Shown: piece after piece, positions 55,252 through 64,000 of the stretch
Position numbering within the stretch: the first letter of the stretch is position 1
How the letters are laid out: every line of letters starts with the position of its first letter
Origin: a virus
Direction: 5' to 3' (one strand)
Length of the DNA stretch: 64,000 nucleotides
IMG/VR virus record: IMGVR_UViG_3300008108_000036
Program-made: the position numbers and the translations under genes
Notes under the pieces: generated by a model
What the model was told of the DNA's origin: nothing
Database searches by the model: none
Seen by the model: the letters and a program-made list of their open reading frames with translations, nothing else

Positions 55252-56045
55252 TGTATACAAAATCCCCAAAAATAGGAGTAGGCATAGTTACTTGCAATAG
55301 AGAACATTTTTTTTCTCAATGTTATCAGTCAATGCCTTTGCAAAAAATAAACGAACTTGTAGTTGTTAATGATGGACACCAATTAAAAGGGGATTATGAG
55401 CACGGAGTATTTATTCACAATAAACCCAGTATGCATGTGGGAGAAAGTAAAAATATAATAATGAGATATTTGTTAGACAAAGGTTGCGACTATATCTTTA
55501 CAATTGAGGATGACATTATTCTAACAAATGAGTTGGTTTTTGAAAATTATATAAACGCACATCTAACTACTGGCATACATCATTTTAATTTTGGGTTTTC
55601 ACAAAGAGAGAATTTGAATGAAAAATTTCAACCAATTTATAGAAAAATTGTAGAATATAAAGATGGAAGTAAAATTATTTTAACAAAACATATTCTTGGA
55701 GCTTTTACTTTTTATACTAGGAAAGCTCTTCAAACTATAGGATTGCATCATTATAGTTTTAATCAAGGCCATGGGGATCATTTAGAATTAACGTACAGGG
55801 CCGCTAAACATGGATTAACTACTCCGTTTTGGTGGTTTGCTGACATTTATAACAGCTGGGAGATGATAAAAAATTTGAGTGATTTAACTACAGATTCAAC
55901 AGTTAGGGATAAAAACACTTTCATAGATAATTTTAATCGAGCTAGAAGTAATTTTAAATTCTTGCACGGATGCGATATTTACGATGTTCCTGCAGCTTCA
56001 GAGCAAGAAGTAATTAATTATTTAAAAAAACAAACTGTTAGTTAA
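55251..56045 (+). CDS. Glycosyltransferase family 2
   Basis: GIVTCNR, VVNDG, SKN, IEDD. Confidence 0.8.
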   Translation: MYTKSPKIGVGIVTCNREHFFSQCYQSMPLQKINELVVVNDGHQLKGDYEHGVFIHNKPSMHVGESKNIIMRYLLDKGCDYIFTIEDDIILTNELVFENYINAHLTTGIHHFNFGFSQRENLNEKFQPIYRKIVEYKDGSKIILTKHILGAFTFYTRKALQTIGLHHYSFNQGHGDHLELTYRAAKHGLTTPFWWFADIYNSWEMIKNLSDLTTDSTVRDKNTFIDNFNRARSNFKFLHGCDIYDVPAASEQEVINYLKKQTVS

Positions 56046-56046
56046 C

Positions 56047-56838
56047 ATGGAAAAACTTAAAAAGATTGGAATAGGATTAGTAACGTATAATCGTCCGGAA
56101 TTTTATCAGACCGTGTTAAACTCTATTAAGACGTATGGTTCCAATCATTTTTTAGTAATTGTAAATGATGGAAATTTTAAATATTGTAACAGCAACGATG
56201 GGGATGTTGTTATTCACAACAACGAACAATTAGGAGTAGCTAAATCTAAAAATAAAGCCATAAATTATTTATTGCAAGAAGAGTGTACAGATTTATTCGT
56301 GTTTGAAGATGACGTCATAATAAAGTCTTGCGATGTATTTGATCGATATATAAAAACGTCTGAGGCAACTAATATACCGCACTTCAGTTTTGGTCCAGTC
56401 GAAATAACAAAAACATACCAACACAACTTAAAACTCACGTGCATGTATTCAGAAGAGTTAGGTATTGATTTATATCATCACTCACAAGGAGGATTAATGT
56501 ATTTTAATATTTCTAAAATGGACAAAAACGATTGTGTGTTCGATGAAAATTACATCAACGCATTCGAACACGTAGATGTAGAGTACAACTTAATACAAAA
56601 ACAATTACAACCTCCATTTTGGTATTTTCCTGATATTCATAATAGCTGTCAGTTATTAGAAAGTATTGAAGGCAGTTCGGCAATTTCTACTATTACTAAT
56701 AAACCCAAATACAACTCAAACGTACAATATTCAGCTAATTATTTTGTTAAAAAATGGGGTATTTTCACAACCCAAATACCCGATGTAGGCTCAAAAAAGG
56801 TAATCGAAAAACTTAAATTAATCAAACAAAACAAATGA
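56047..56838 (+). CDS. Glycosyltransferase family 2 (paralog of upstream gene)
   Basis: GLVTYNR, IVNDG, AKSKN, FEDD, FDENY..EHVD. Confidence 0.8.
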   Translation: MEKLKKIGIGLVTYNRPEFYQTVLNSIKTYGSNHFLVIVNDGNFKYCNSNDGDVVIHNNEQLGVAKSKNKAINYLLQEECTDLFVFEDDVIIKSCDVFDRYIKTSEATNIPHFSFGPVEITKTYQHNLKLTCMYSEELGIDLYHHSQGGLMYFNISKMDKNDCVFDENYINAFEHVDVEYNLIQKQLQPPFWYFPDIHNSCQLLESIEGSSAISTITNKPKYNSNVQYSANYFVKKWGIFTTQIPDVGSKKVIEKLKLIKQNK

Positions 56839-57632
56839 AACACATTTTAATTGGAACTAGTTCATTCGGTAAATATCAGCGTCAAGATTTGTGCATAGAA
56901 AGCTTACAAAAGCTCACATCATTAAACTCAAACGTAGATTGTTGTCTTGTTCAGCAATTGGAAGACCAAACATCCTACTCAAATATACGTATACTAAACA
57001 AGCTTACTAGAAATTCATCAACTGTATTTAAAACAAACAAAAAAATTCCTTTCATAAACGATATATTCAACGTATTATATTCCGAATCTACAGACATTTT
57101 TGTATTTTGTAATAGCGATATTATTTTAACGCAAAAGTTAATAGATTATATAAATTCAATTGAGGTGCAGGCGTTTGGTATATCAAGAATTGATATTTCT
57201 GAAATAAATTCATTGTTAGAACCTGCTCGCATACTAAGAATGGAGCCAGCCGGGTTTGATTGCTGGGTTATAAGTAAACAATGGTGGACTAAAAACCAAC
57301 AGTTATTTCAAGATTTTGTTATTGGCAGACCTTATTTTGACGTAATTTACACAACGCTCATGTTTTTAAACTCAACAAATCCGTATATAAGCAATGAACA
57401 TTTAGTGTATCACGTTTTACACGAGAGAGCATGGTTGGACAAAGACGAGTGCTATCATTACAATCGATTACAAAAAGAATTATATTATGAAGATATAGAA
57501 AAAGTTTGGGGAGAGTGTTGTAACAATACATTTTTGAGAAGAGCTGATTGGGGTAAATTTTTACGAATTAATTCTGATGAAGCGGATGTGCTGTTAAGCA
57601 TTAAAAACAATCACAAACCAAAGCAATTTTAA
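56835..57632 (+). CDS. Putative glycosyltransferase (GT-A fold)
   Basis: FCNSDII, SRID, GFDCW, IGRPYFD, YHVLH. Confidence 0.65.
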   Translation: MKHILIGTSSFGKYQRQDLCIESLQKLTSLNSNVDCCLVQQLEDQTSYSNIRILNKLTRNSSTVFKTNKKIPFINDIFNVLYSESTDIFVFCNSDIILTQKLIDYINSIEVQAFGISRIDISEINSLLEPARILRMEPAGFDCWVISKQWWTKNQQLFQDFVIGRPYFDVIYTTLMFLNSTNPYISNEHLVYHVLHERAWLDKDECYHYNRLQKELYYEDIEKVWGECCNNTFLRRADWGKFLRINSDEADVLLSIKNNHKPKQF

Positions 57633-57633
57633 T

Positions 57634-58953
57634 ATGAATAGTAAACTAAAGCTAACAGAGGTAACATTGATAATAATCGACTGCTTAAATTCAGAATTAG
57701 CTGTAGAAGCATTGAATGCCTCATCTACCGATATAGAATTTGCCAAAACAGTATTGTTAAGTGATCAAAAACCATTCAATTGCACTAATAACATAAGCTT
57801 TTTTGAGATACCAAAAATTAAAAATTTGCACGAATATAATCTTTTTTTATTAAAAGAATTACACAAATATATAAACACAAATTTTTGCTTATTAATTCAA
57901 ACGGACGGGTATGTAATTGATGTTAATAAGTGGAGCAACGATTTTTTAAAATATGATTATATTGGCTCACCATGGGTGCCGACAGAATGGTTTATGAATA
58001 ACAAACCTAATGAGTACAGAGTAGGCAATGGTGGGTTTTCATTAAGAAGCAAAAAGCTGCTATCTATTACACATAAATTACAAATGCATTCAAATGAAGA
58101 CGTCTCAATATGTGTTTTCAATCGCAACATATTAGAAGGTAAGGGTATTGCGTTTGCTCCTTTAAATATTGCTAAGAAGTTTTCTCAAGAAAAACATTGT
58201 GAAGATTTAAACGTTGTTGCAGAAAGGGACTGTTTTGGTTTTCACGGTAAGAATTACTCAGAATTCCACAAACAAAAGTGCAAGGATCTGCATTTCGAGT
58301 TTTATAAAAATAGTCTTATTAAAATGGACCAACAAAGATTAATGTTTTTTTTAAAAAACGAAATTGGAGTATCTGAATCTGAGTATTTTTGTGCCAACTT
58401 TGTTGGCAATTTGCAAGTACAGCAAATTCCGGAGGAATATTCTCAATTATTAACTTTTTTTAAGACGTCTAACATTAAAAAATATTTAGAACTAGGAGTA
58501 GCAAACGGAGGAAGTTTTTTTGTTAATTCTATTTTTCTGCAAAGTACAGCTAGTAAAATCCATTGCGTAGACAGTTTAGAATATAAGAACGCTCCACATG
58601 TCAAACAAACATATGAAAAGATCTCATCAAAAGTTAACAAACTTAAGGCATTATTTCCAGAAAAAGAATTTAATTTCTTTAATCAAACTACCGATGAGTT
58701 TTTTTCCAAAAACAACAACAAATACGACTGCATTTTTATAGACGCAGATCACTCGTACCAAGGAGTTAAAAAAGACTACCTTAACAGCCTCAAATGTATT
58801 GAGAGAGGAGGCTATTTAATTTTTCATGATATTAATAATGTCGAAACAGGAGTTGAAACATGCTGGAACGAAATAAGCTCTAACCATCACGTGATAGGAG
58901 TGTTTAGTCATCCTGTAGTTATGAATTGCGGCATAGGTATTATTAGAGTTTAA
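57634..58953 (+). CDS. DUF5672-like glycosyltransferase fused to Methyltransf_24 domain
   Basis: QTDG..YDYIGSPW..VGNGGFSLRS..NED..FGFHG; then LELGVANGGS..FIDADHSY..FHD. Confidence 0.82.
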   Translation: MNSKLKLTEVTLIIIDCLNSELAVEALNASSTDIEFAKTVLLSDQKPFNCTNNISFFEIPKIKNLHEYNLFLLKELHKYINTNFCLLIQTDGYVIDVNKWSNDFLKYDYIGSPWVPTEWFMNNKPNEYRVGNGGFSLRSKKLLSITHKLQMHSNEDVSICVFNRNILEGKGIAFAPLNIAKKFSQEKHCEDLNVVAERDCFGFHGKNYSEFHKQKCKDLHFEFYKNSLIKMDQQRLMFFLKNEIGVSESEYFCANFVGNLQVQQIPEEYSQLLTFFKTSNIKKYLELGVANGGSFFVNSIFLQSTASKIHCVDSLEYKNAPHVKQTYEKISSKVNKLKALFPEKEFNFFNQTTDEFFSKNNNKYDCIFIDADHSYQGVKKDYLNSLKCIERGGYLIFHDINNVETGVETCWNEISSNHHVIGVFSHPVVMNCGIGIIRV

Positions 58954-58954
58954 T

Positions 58955-59243
58955 ATGACACATTGTTTGTTTATATATTTTCAATAAAACATATTATTAA
59001 TATTAGTCATGATACTTAATTGACCTGTTGTTGTTTTAATTTAAACTAGGTTATTATTAAACCAATAACCACTAGCGTTTTTGATTGGATTTATGTTTTA
59101 GAAAAAGCCAAAGGGTTTGCATTAGTAGATAGCTGCATTGCAAACTTAGTAGAGCAGATTAAGATGCCTCAACCAAAAATATTTTTAGCAAGACAGCCAG
59201 CAAAGGCCTACACACAAATTGTACTGGAAAGTTGTAGAATATT
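58955..59243 (+). pseudogene. Degraded glycosyltransferase remnant
   Basis: Fragment FDWIYVLEKAKGFALVDSCIANLVEQI within a stop-ridden interval. Confidence 0.45.
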
Positions 59244-59741
59244 ATGAATGAAATTATTAATTATAAAAACAATGTATATCCTAGGTTTCAAACGTTAGGA
59301 AATGCTGCTCAATTTATTATTCCATATGCAAAGCACGTTTGTAAAGGAAAGGGGGTAGATGTTGGCTGCAACAAATTGGAGTGGTCGTTTCCAAATTCGT
59401 TTCCTATAGATCCACTAATCAATCAATATAACGCATTGAATTTTCCAGCTCACTGTGTTAATCTTGATTATATTTTTTCCTCTCATTGTTTAGAACATAT
59501 TCCTAATTGGGTGGACGTATTAGATTACTGGACGACGATGCTAAAATCGGGAGGAGTGTTGTTTTTATATTTGCCTGATTATTCACAAGAATATTGGAGA
59601 CCTTGGAACAACAGAAAACACGTTAACATCTTTAATTCTACTATAATTAACGATTATTTAAAACACAAACAATTTGTAAAAATATTTTTTTCTGGGGTAG
59701 ATTTAAATAATTCGTTTGCTATTTTTGGAGAGAAGGCGTAA
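59244..59741 (+). CDS. SAM-dependent methyltransferase (Methyltransf_11-like)
   Basis: GVDVGC, DYIFSSHCLEH, LKSGGVLFLYLP. Confidence 0.85.
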   Translation: MNEIINYKNNVYPRFQTLGNAAQFIIPYAKHVCKGKGVDVGCNKLEWSFPNSFPIDPLINQYNALNFPAHCVNLDYIFSSHCLEHIPNWVDVLDYWTTMLKSGGVLFLYLPDYSQEYWRPWNNRKHVNIFNSTIINDYLKHKQFVKIFFSGVDLNNSFAIFGEKA

Positions 59742-59748
59742 TCCATAC

Positions 59749-60345
59749 AATGGGATATTTAAATCATTTCGATTTAAAAACATTAAACAATACACAAACA
59801 CTGATGTTTTCGTGGAAACGGGCACTTACGTTGGGGATTCTCTATCATACGCTTTAAGCTGCCATTTTAATGAGTTATATAGTATAGAATTATTAAAAAA
59901 GTATTATAATCTTTGTGTTAGCAAGTTTAAATCTAACAAAAATGTCAATTTATTTCATTCTAATTCGGCAGATGGGTTGCGAACAGTGTTGCAGAAAAAT
60001 GCAAAATAAAAAACGTCGTTTTGGCTAGATGCTCATTTACCCGATTTTTATTATTCTATTTTTACTACCAACAATTACTTAAATGACGACATACCATATA
60101 TACCTTTGAAAGAAGAATTAAAATTAATAGTTCAGCATAAAAACATAAGTGACGATGTAATATTAATAGATGATTTAAGGATGTATGAAACTAGGAATTT
60201 TGGATCAGGAAACTGCGATGGACTGCTAAAACATAAAGAATATACAGAAGGAATAACAATTGTATATGATTTACTTTCTTCTACTCACAATATCAATAAG
60301 CCTTACGAACACGAAGGATATATTACATGTATTCCCAAAAATTGA
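59749..60345 (+). pseudogene. Disrupted methyltransferase-like gene
   Basis: ATG 59749 out of frame with FVETGTYVGDS; in-frame TAA at 60007-60009 before FWLDAH..PLKEEL..ILIDD. Confidence 0.7.
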
Positions 60346-60454
60346 CCTCTACATCAAGGTTTTTATAAAACCTTTATAAACGTATAATTATATTTTTTTG
60401 TTGTTTTAGTAAAACCCCGTTGCTTTTCATTCAAAACTAATTATTATTGAGTCA

Positions 60455-62272
60455 ATGCGCTTTATAACCTTTAAGTCATTAGAAGGAAAAAACTTTTTAT
60501 CTTTTGGTGATGATTTAGCAAAAATTGCCTTGCACCAAGGAGTAAACACAATTGTTGGAACAAATTACGATAAAGAAGATTCAAAAAACGGAGCAGGCAA
60601 ATCCTCAATAACAGAGCTTTTATATTATTGTTTATATGGCGTTACGCTTAGAGAAATACCGAAAGACAACATACAAAACAGCGTTACAAACAAAAAAACA
60701 GAAACCTCTCTTACTTTTGATGTCGAATCAAACGGAATTGTAGACTCTTATGCTATAACCAGAAAGTTAAACCCAACAAAATGTCAAATATTCAAAAATG
60801 GAGAAGAAATTACCAGATCTACCCTTGCTAAAACTAATGAGTTAATTCAAAGCATAATTAGAACATCTTCTACTATATTTCAAAATTCGGTTATAATGGT
60901 AGCAAATTCAACTTTACCGTTTATGGCTATGTCTAAAGTTGATAAAAGAAAGTTTATCGAAAGCATTTTAGGACTGGAGGCATTTTCATCAATGGTCTTA
61001 AGAGCGAGAGATGAATATAATAGCACAAAAAAAGAATACGAAATTCAATATTCTCTACTGGAGCAGCTTCAAACAGAGCTAAACTTTAATAACAATCAAT
61101 TTTTAAACTACGAATCATTAAAAGAAGAAAGAATAAACGTTTTAAGAGAAAAGATAAAAAAAATAAAAGAAGAAATATCGACACTCGAAGGCCAGTTATC
61201 TGAGCCCTCTACCAAAGTAGATTGTTTGGAGGAACGATTAGTCGAATTAAACTCTCACATTGCAGAGGCGCAAGAAAAGCAATCGTCTCTTACAACAAAA
61301 CAAATTAAAGCTGAATCCGAATTAAAAAACATCTTAAAGCAAATTGAAAAAATTAATGCAAATAAAGATCAATGTCCAACATGTCTTCGAAATTACTCAG
61401 AAGAACACATTGCTCACGCGGAAGATACTTTGCTAAAGCTGACCACAAATCGCAACTTGTTTGAACAAGCTATTTCAAAATTAATAAAAGAATTAACTTC
61501 GATCAAACAAGGGTTAAAAACCTCACAGCAAAGCAAACTCGAAGCCGAACAACAAATAAAAATAAGAGACAGTATAAAAACGTCCAACGACATTATATCG
61601 GCCAAACTGGAACATCTCAAACGAAATCATGAAGATTTGAATGTTGAAATAGGAAAAATTAATGCAGAACAAAACGATCCGTTACAACAAAAAATAGCAG
61701 AGTTGACTACCAACATAACAATTAAAAACGAGTTAGTCGCAAAACTAAATAACGAGTTAAATGTACTGGAATCCGTAAAATTTGTTCTTTCTGAAGAAGG
61801 AATTAAGTCATTCATTGTAAAAAAAATATTAACAATTTTAAACTCGAGGTTAGCTTTTTATTTAAAAAAACTTGAAGCTAATTGTCTGTGCAAATTCAAC
61901 GAATTTTTTGAGGAAGAGATTATTGATGAAAAAGGAAAACAAAAATCATATTTTAATTTTTCTGGAGGAGAGAAAAAAAGAATAGACATAGCTTGTTTAT
62001 TTGCATTTGCTGACATCAGAAGACTTCAAGGTGATGTAAATTTTAGCACTATTTTTTATGATGAACTTTTTGACTCCTCTTTAGATGATAGAGGAGTAGC
62101 TTTAACAGTTAAAGTGCTGCAAGACCGATTTAATGAATACAAAGAATCTTGTTATATCATAACGCATAGAGGGGTTCACGGAACCTTTAAGTCAAATCAT
62201 ACTATTCATGTAATCAAGCGAAATGGTGTTTCGAGTATTTGTAATAACTCTTCTGATAGATATTTAAATTAA
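60455..62272 (+). CDS. Recombination ATPase subunit (gp46/SbcC/Rad50-like)
   Basis: NFLSFG, NGAGKSS, CPTC zinc hook, FSGGEK, YDE, ITH. Confidence 0.93.
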   Translation: MRFITFKSLEGKNFLSFGDDLAKIALHQGVNTIVGTNYDKEDSKNGAGKSSITELLYYCLYGVTLREIPKDNIQNSVTNKKTETSLTFDVESNGIVDSYAITRKLNPTKCQIFKNGEEITRSTLAKTNELIQSIIRTSSTIFQNSVIMVANSTLPFMAMSKVDKRKFIESILGLEAFSSMVLRARDEYNSTKKEYEIQYSLLEQLQTELNFNNNQFLNYESLKEERINVLREKIKKIKEEISTLEGQLSEPSTKVDCLEERLVELNSHIAEAQEKQSSLTTKQIKAESELKNILKQIEKINANKDQCPTCLRNYSEEHIAHAEDTLLKLTTNRNLFEQAISKLIKELTSIKQGLKTSQQSKLEAEQQIKIRDSIKTSNDIISAKLEHLKRNHEDLNVEIGKINAEQNDPLQQKIAELTTNITIKNELVAKLNNELNVLESVKFVLSEEGIKSFIVKKILTILNSRLAFYLKKLEANCLCKFNEFFEEEIIDEKGKQKSYFNFSGGEKKRIDIACLFAFADIRRLQGDVNFSTIFYDELFDSSLDDRGVALTVKVLQDRFNEYKESCYIITHRGVHGTFKSNHTIHVIKRNGVSSICNNSSDRYLN

Positions 62273-62289
62273 ACTCCCTAAATACACAC

Positions 62290-63504
62290 ATGACTTCTGT
62301 AGTTCATTATGGCATTAAACAAGTTTTAGGAGCTCCTATTGGGATTCCGTTAGGAACTCCATTGGCTGGACACTCTTATGTGGTAAACACACCATTGCCT
62401 CCTACTCCTGGCAGTGGACTTAGAAGAGCTATGAACTATCTTGCAGATCATGGAGGTTGCGGTTATTATAGATGTATCGCTCCAAATTTGCTTCTTAATT
62501 TAAATCAAAAAGCTGTAATTACAGAGTCTACTGCTATGGTTTTAGACCCAAATTTTTACCAAACGGTAGAAGCAGTAAAATTTCAAAGACAAGCAACTCC
62601 ACATCAAAACAAATTTGTAAAATTCCTACATCAACTAAAGTCTAAACAAAAAATTAAACTTATATACGAAGTGGATGATGTAGTCTTTGCAGAAGATATT
62701 CCTTTATACAACAAAAATAGAGAAGCATTTACAGACCCAACAATTCAAACCTCTATTAAAGAAATGCTGTCAATAATGGATGAGATCGTAGTTACTTCCG
62801 AATACTTTAGAGATTATATGATTGAAAAATCAGGTAATAAGAACGTAACTTCTATACCAAACTATTTAATGAAGTGGTGGTTTGACCGTTATTATAATTT
62901 GGGAGATTTAGGGAAAAGATTCGAGAAAAACAAAAAGAAGCCAATTATAGCAATATTTGCTTCTGGCACACACGTAGATGTGGCAAATAGAAACAACCAG
63001 CAAGATGATTTCAGTTTAGTAGTTCCGTTCATTATAAAAACAAAAACGGAATACGATTGGCATTTTTACGGCTCTTTTCCTCAAGCTCTTAAACCGTATA
63101 TAGACCGTAAAGAAATGAAGTATTTTCCGTGGGTTGATTTGACAAAGTTCCCAGAAACAATGGCCAATTCAAACGCTCAACTAACATTTGCTTGTTTGCA
63201 GGACAACAACTTCAATAGATGCAAATCTAATATTAAATTAATTGAATCAGGAGCGTTAGGAATTCCTTGCGTATGTCCAGACATGGTTACATACAAAGAT
63301 GCTTTTTTAAAGTATACTACAGGAACAGAATTTATAGATTGCATAAAAACCGCTTTGAAAAATCAAACAGTATATTTAGATTTTTGTAAAAAGTCACGAC
63401 AACATGCCGAACAATTTTGGTTAGATGATGATAAAAACTTGATGAAATTCTACGAAAGTTATTTTACAGATTTTAAATCTCCTCAACGTAAATTTATTAG
63501 TTGA
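62290..63504 (+). CDS. Glycosyltransferase (GT-B/GT4-like)
   Basis: GGCGYYR, YEVDD, GTH..D, NNFNRCKSNIKLIESGALGIP. Confidence 0.78.
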   Translation: MTSVVHYGIKQVLGAPIGIPLGTPLAGHSYVVNTPLPPTPGSGLRRAMNYLADHGGCGYYRCIAPNLLLNLNQKAVITESTAMVLDPNFYQTVEAVKFQRQATPHQNKFVKFLHQLKSKQKIKLIYEVDDVVFAEDIPLYNKNREAFTDPTIQTSIKEMLSIMDEIVVTSEYFRDYMIEKSGNKNVTSIPNYLMKWWFDRYYNLGDLGKRFEKNKKKPIIAIFASGTHVDVANRNNQQDDFSLVVPFIIKTKTEYDWHFYGSFPQALKPYIDRKEMKYFPWVDLTKFPETMANSNAQLTFACLQDNNFNRCKSNIKLIESGALGIPCVCPDMVTYKDAFLKYTTGTEFIDCIKTALKNQTVYLDFCKKSRQHAEQFWLDDDKNLMKFYESYFTDFKSPQRKFIS

Positions 63505-63529
63505 TTGTCTATATATTTTTCTGTAATAT
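63501..63529 (+). promoter_or_regulatory. Sigma70-like promoter for DNA polymerase
   Basis: TTGATT-N17-TAATAT, 6 nt before ATG. Confidence 0.55.
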
Positions 63530-63535
63530 TGTTGC

Positions 63536-64000
63536 ATGTATAGGTCTGCAACCTACAATCCATTTAACGAATCGGTCTTTTTAAGAACTTGGTCAGAAGA
63601 TGGTGTACGCATAGACACAGAAATTCCGTTTAGACCTTATTTTTATGTTGAACAAGAAGGAGCTAAAGACGCTACCTCGATTTTTAAAACTTCTCTTGTA
63701 AAAAAAATTTTTAAAAATAGTTTAGAGCGAAAAAAATACTTAGATAATACGTCTCTAACGAGAATTTTTCACAATTTAGGACCAGAGCAACAATTCTTAA
63801 TTGAAATGTACAAAGAGGTCAATAATGACCCAACTTTTTCTAAATTTCCACTTAAAGTTTTTTTGCTCGACATTGAAGTTGATACTACATACGACTCATC
63901 GTTTCCCACTCCTGAGAAAGCAGCTGTTCCAATAAATTTAATCACAGTATATGACACTCTAACGAAAACTACTCATACTTGGGGATTAGGAAACCACTAT
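63536..64000 (+). CDS. Family B DNA polymerase, N-terminal/exonuclease part (partial)
   Basis: Manual translation MYRSATYNPF..FRPYFY..FLLDIEV..FPTPE..INLIT (Exo I motif), open to the window end. Confidence 0.88.
   Translation, partial: MYRSATYNPFNESVFLRTWSEDGVRIDTEIPFRPYFYVEQEGAKDATSIFKTSLVKKIFKNSLERKKYLDNTSLTRIFHNLGPEQQFLIEMYKEVNNDPTFSKFPLKVFLLDIEVDTTYDSSFPTPEKAAVPINLITVYDTLTKTTHTWGLGNHY

Noticed and set aside
59716-60345. Possible stop-codon reassignment suggested by the in-frame stop at 60007
   Set aside because: The stop is TAA, the gene also has a frameshift, and all three stops terminate core genes normally; no suppressor tRNA present.

Overview
AT-rich (about 30% GC by eye) fragment of a large T4-like (jumbo-type) bacteriophage genome in standard genetic code 11. 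The ClpC, sulfatase-maturase and RmlA sequences look PVC/Verrucomicrobia-like, which hints at the host (inference). Left part (1-19.6 kb): a glycan island with many glycosyltransferases, five sulfotransferase-like genes, ClpC, a formylglycine sulfatase with its radical-SAM maturase, and rmlA/rmlC. Middle (20-36.5 kb): small accessory genes, an RNA ligase, 17 tRNA genes (several structurally or anticodon-atypical), two more tandem sulfotransferases, HNH nucleases, a carbamoyltransferase and a tmRNA with a 34-residue acidic tag. 36.7-39.8 kb: a lysis cassette (u-spanin-like, holin-like, endolysin) that contains a tandem-PAS sensor gene. Right part (40-64 kb): exonuclease, primase, putative internal head proteins, queD/queE, GIY-YIG and DenV-like genes, a structured ~330-nt intergenic element, and the T4-like uvsY-uvsW-gp55-gp47-[GT/MT island]-gp46-GT-polB block. 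Many genes have a sigma70-like or TAAATA late promoter only 5-8 nt before the start codon, which suggests largely leaderless mRNAs. Best candidates for new systems: sensor-coupled lysis cassette, phage sulfation write/erase module, and phage tmRNA plus ClpC proteostasis.
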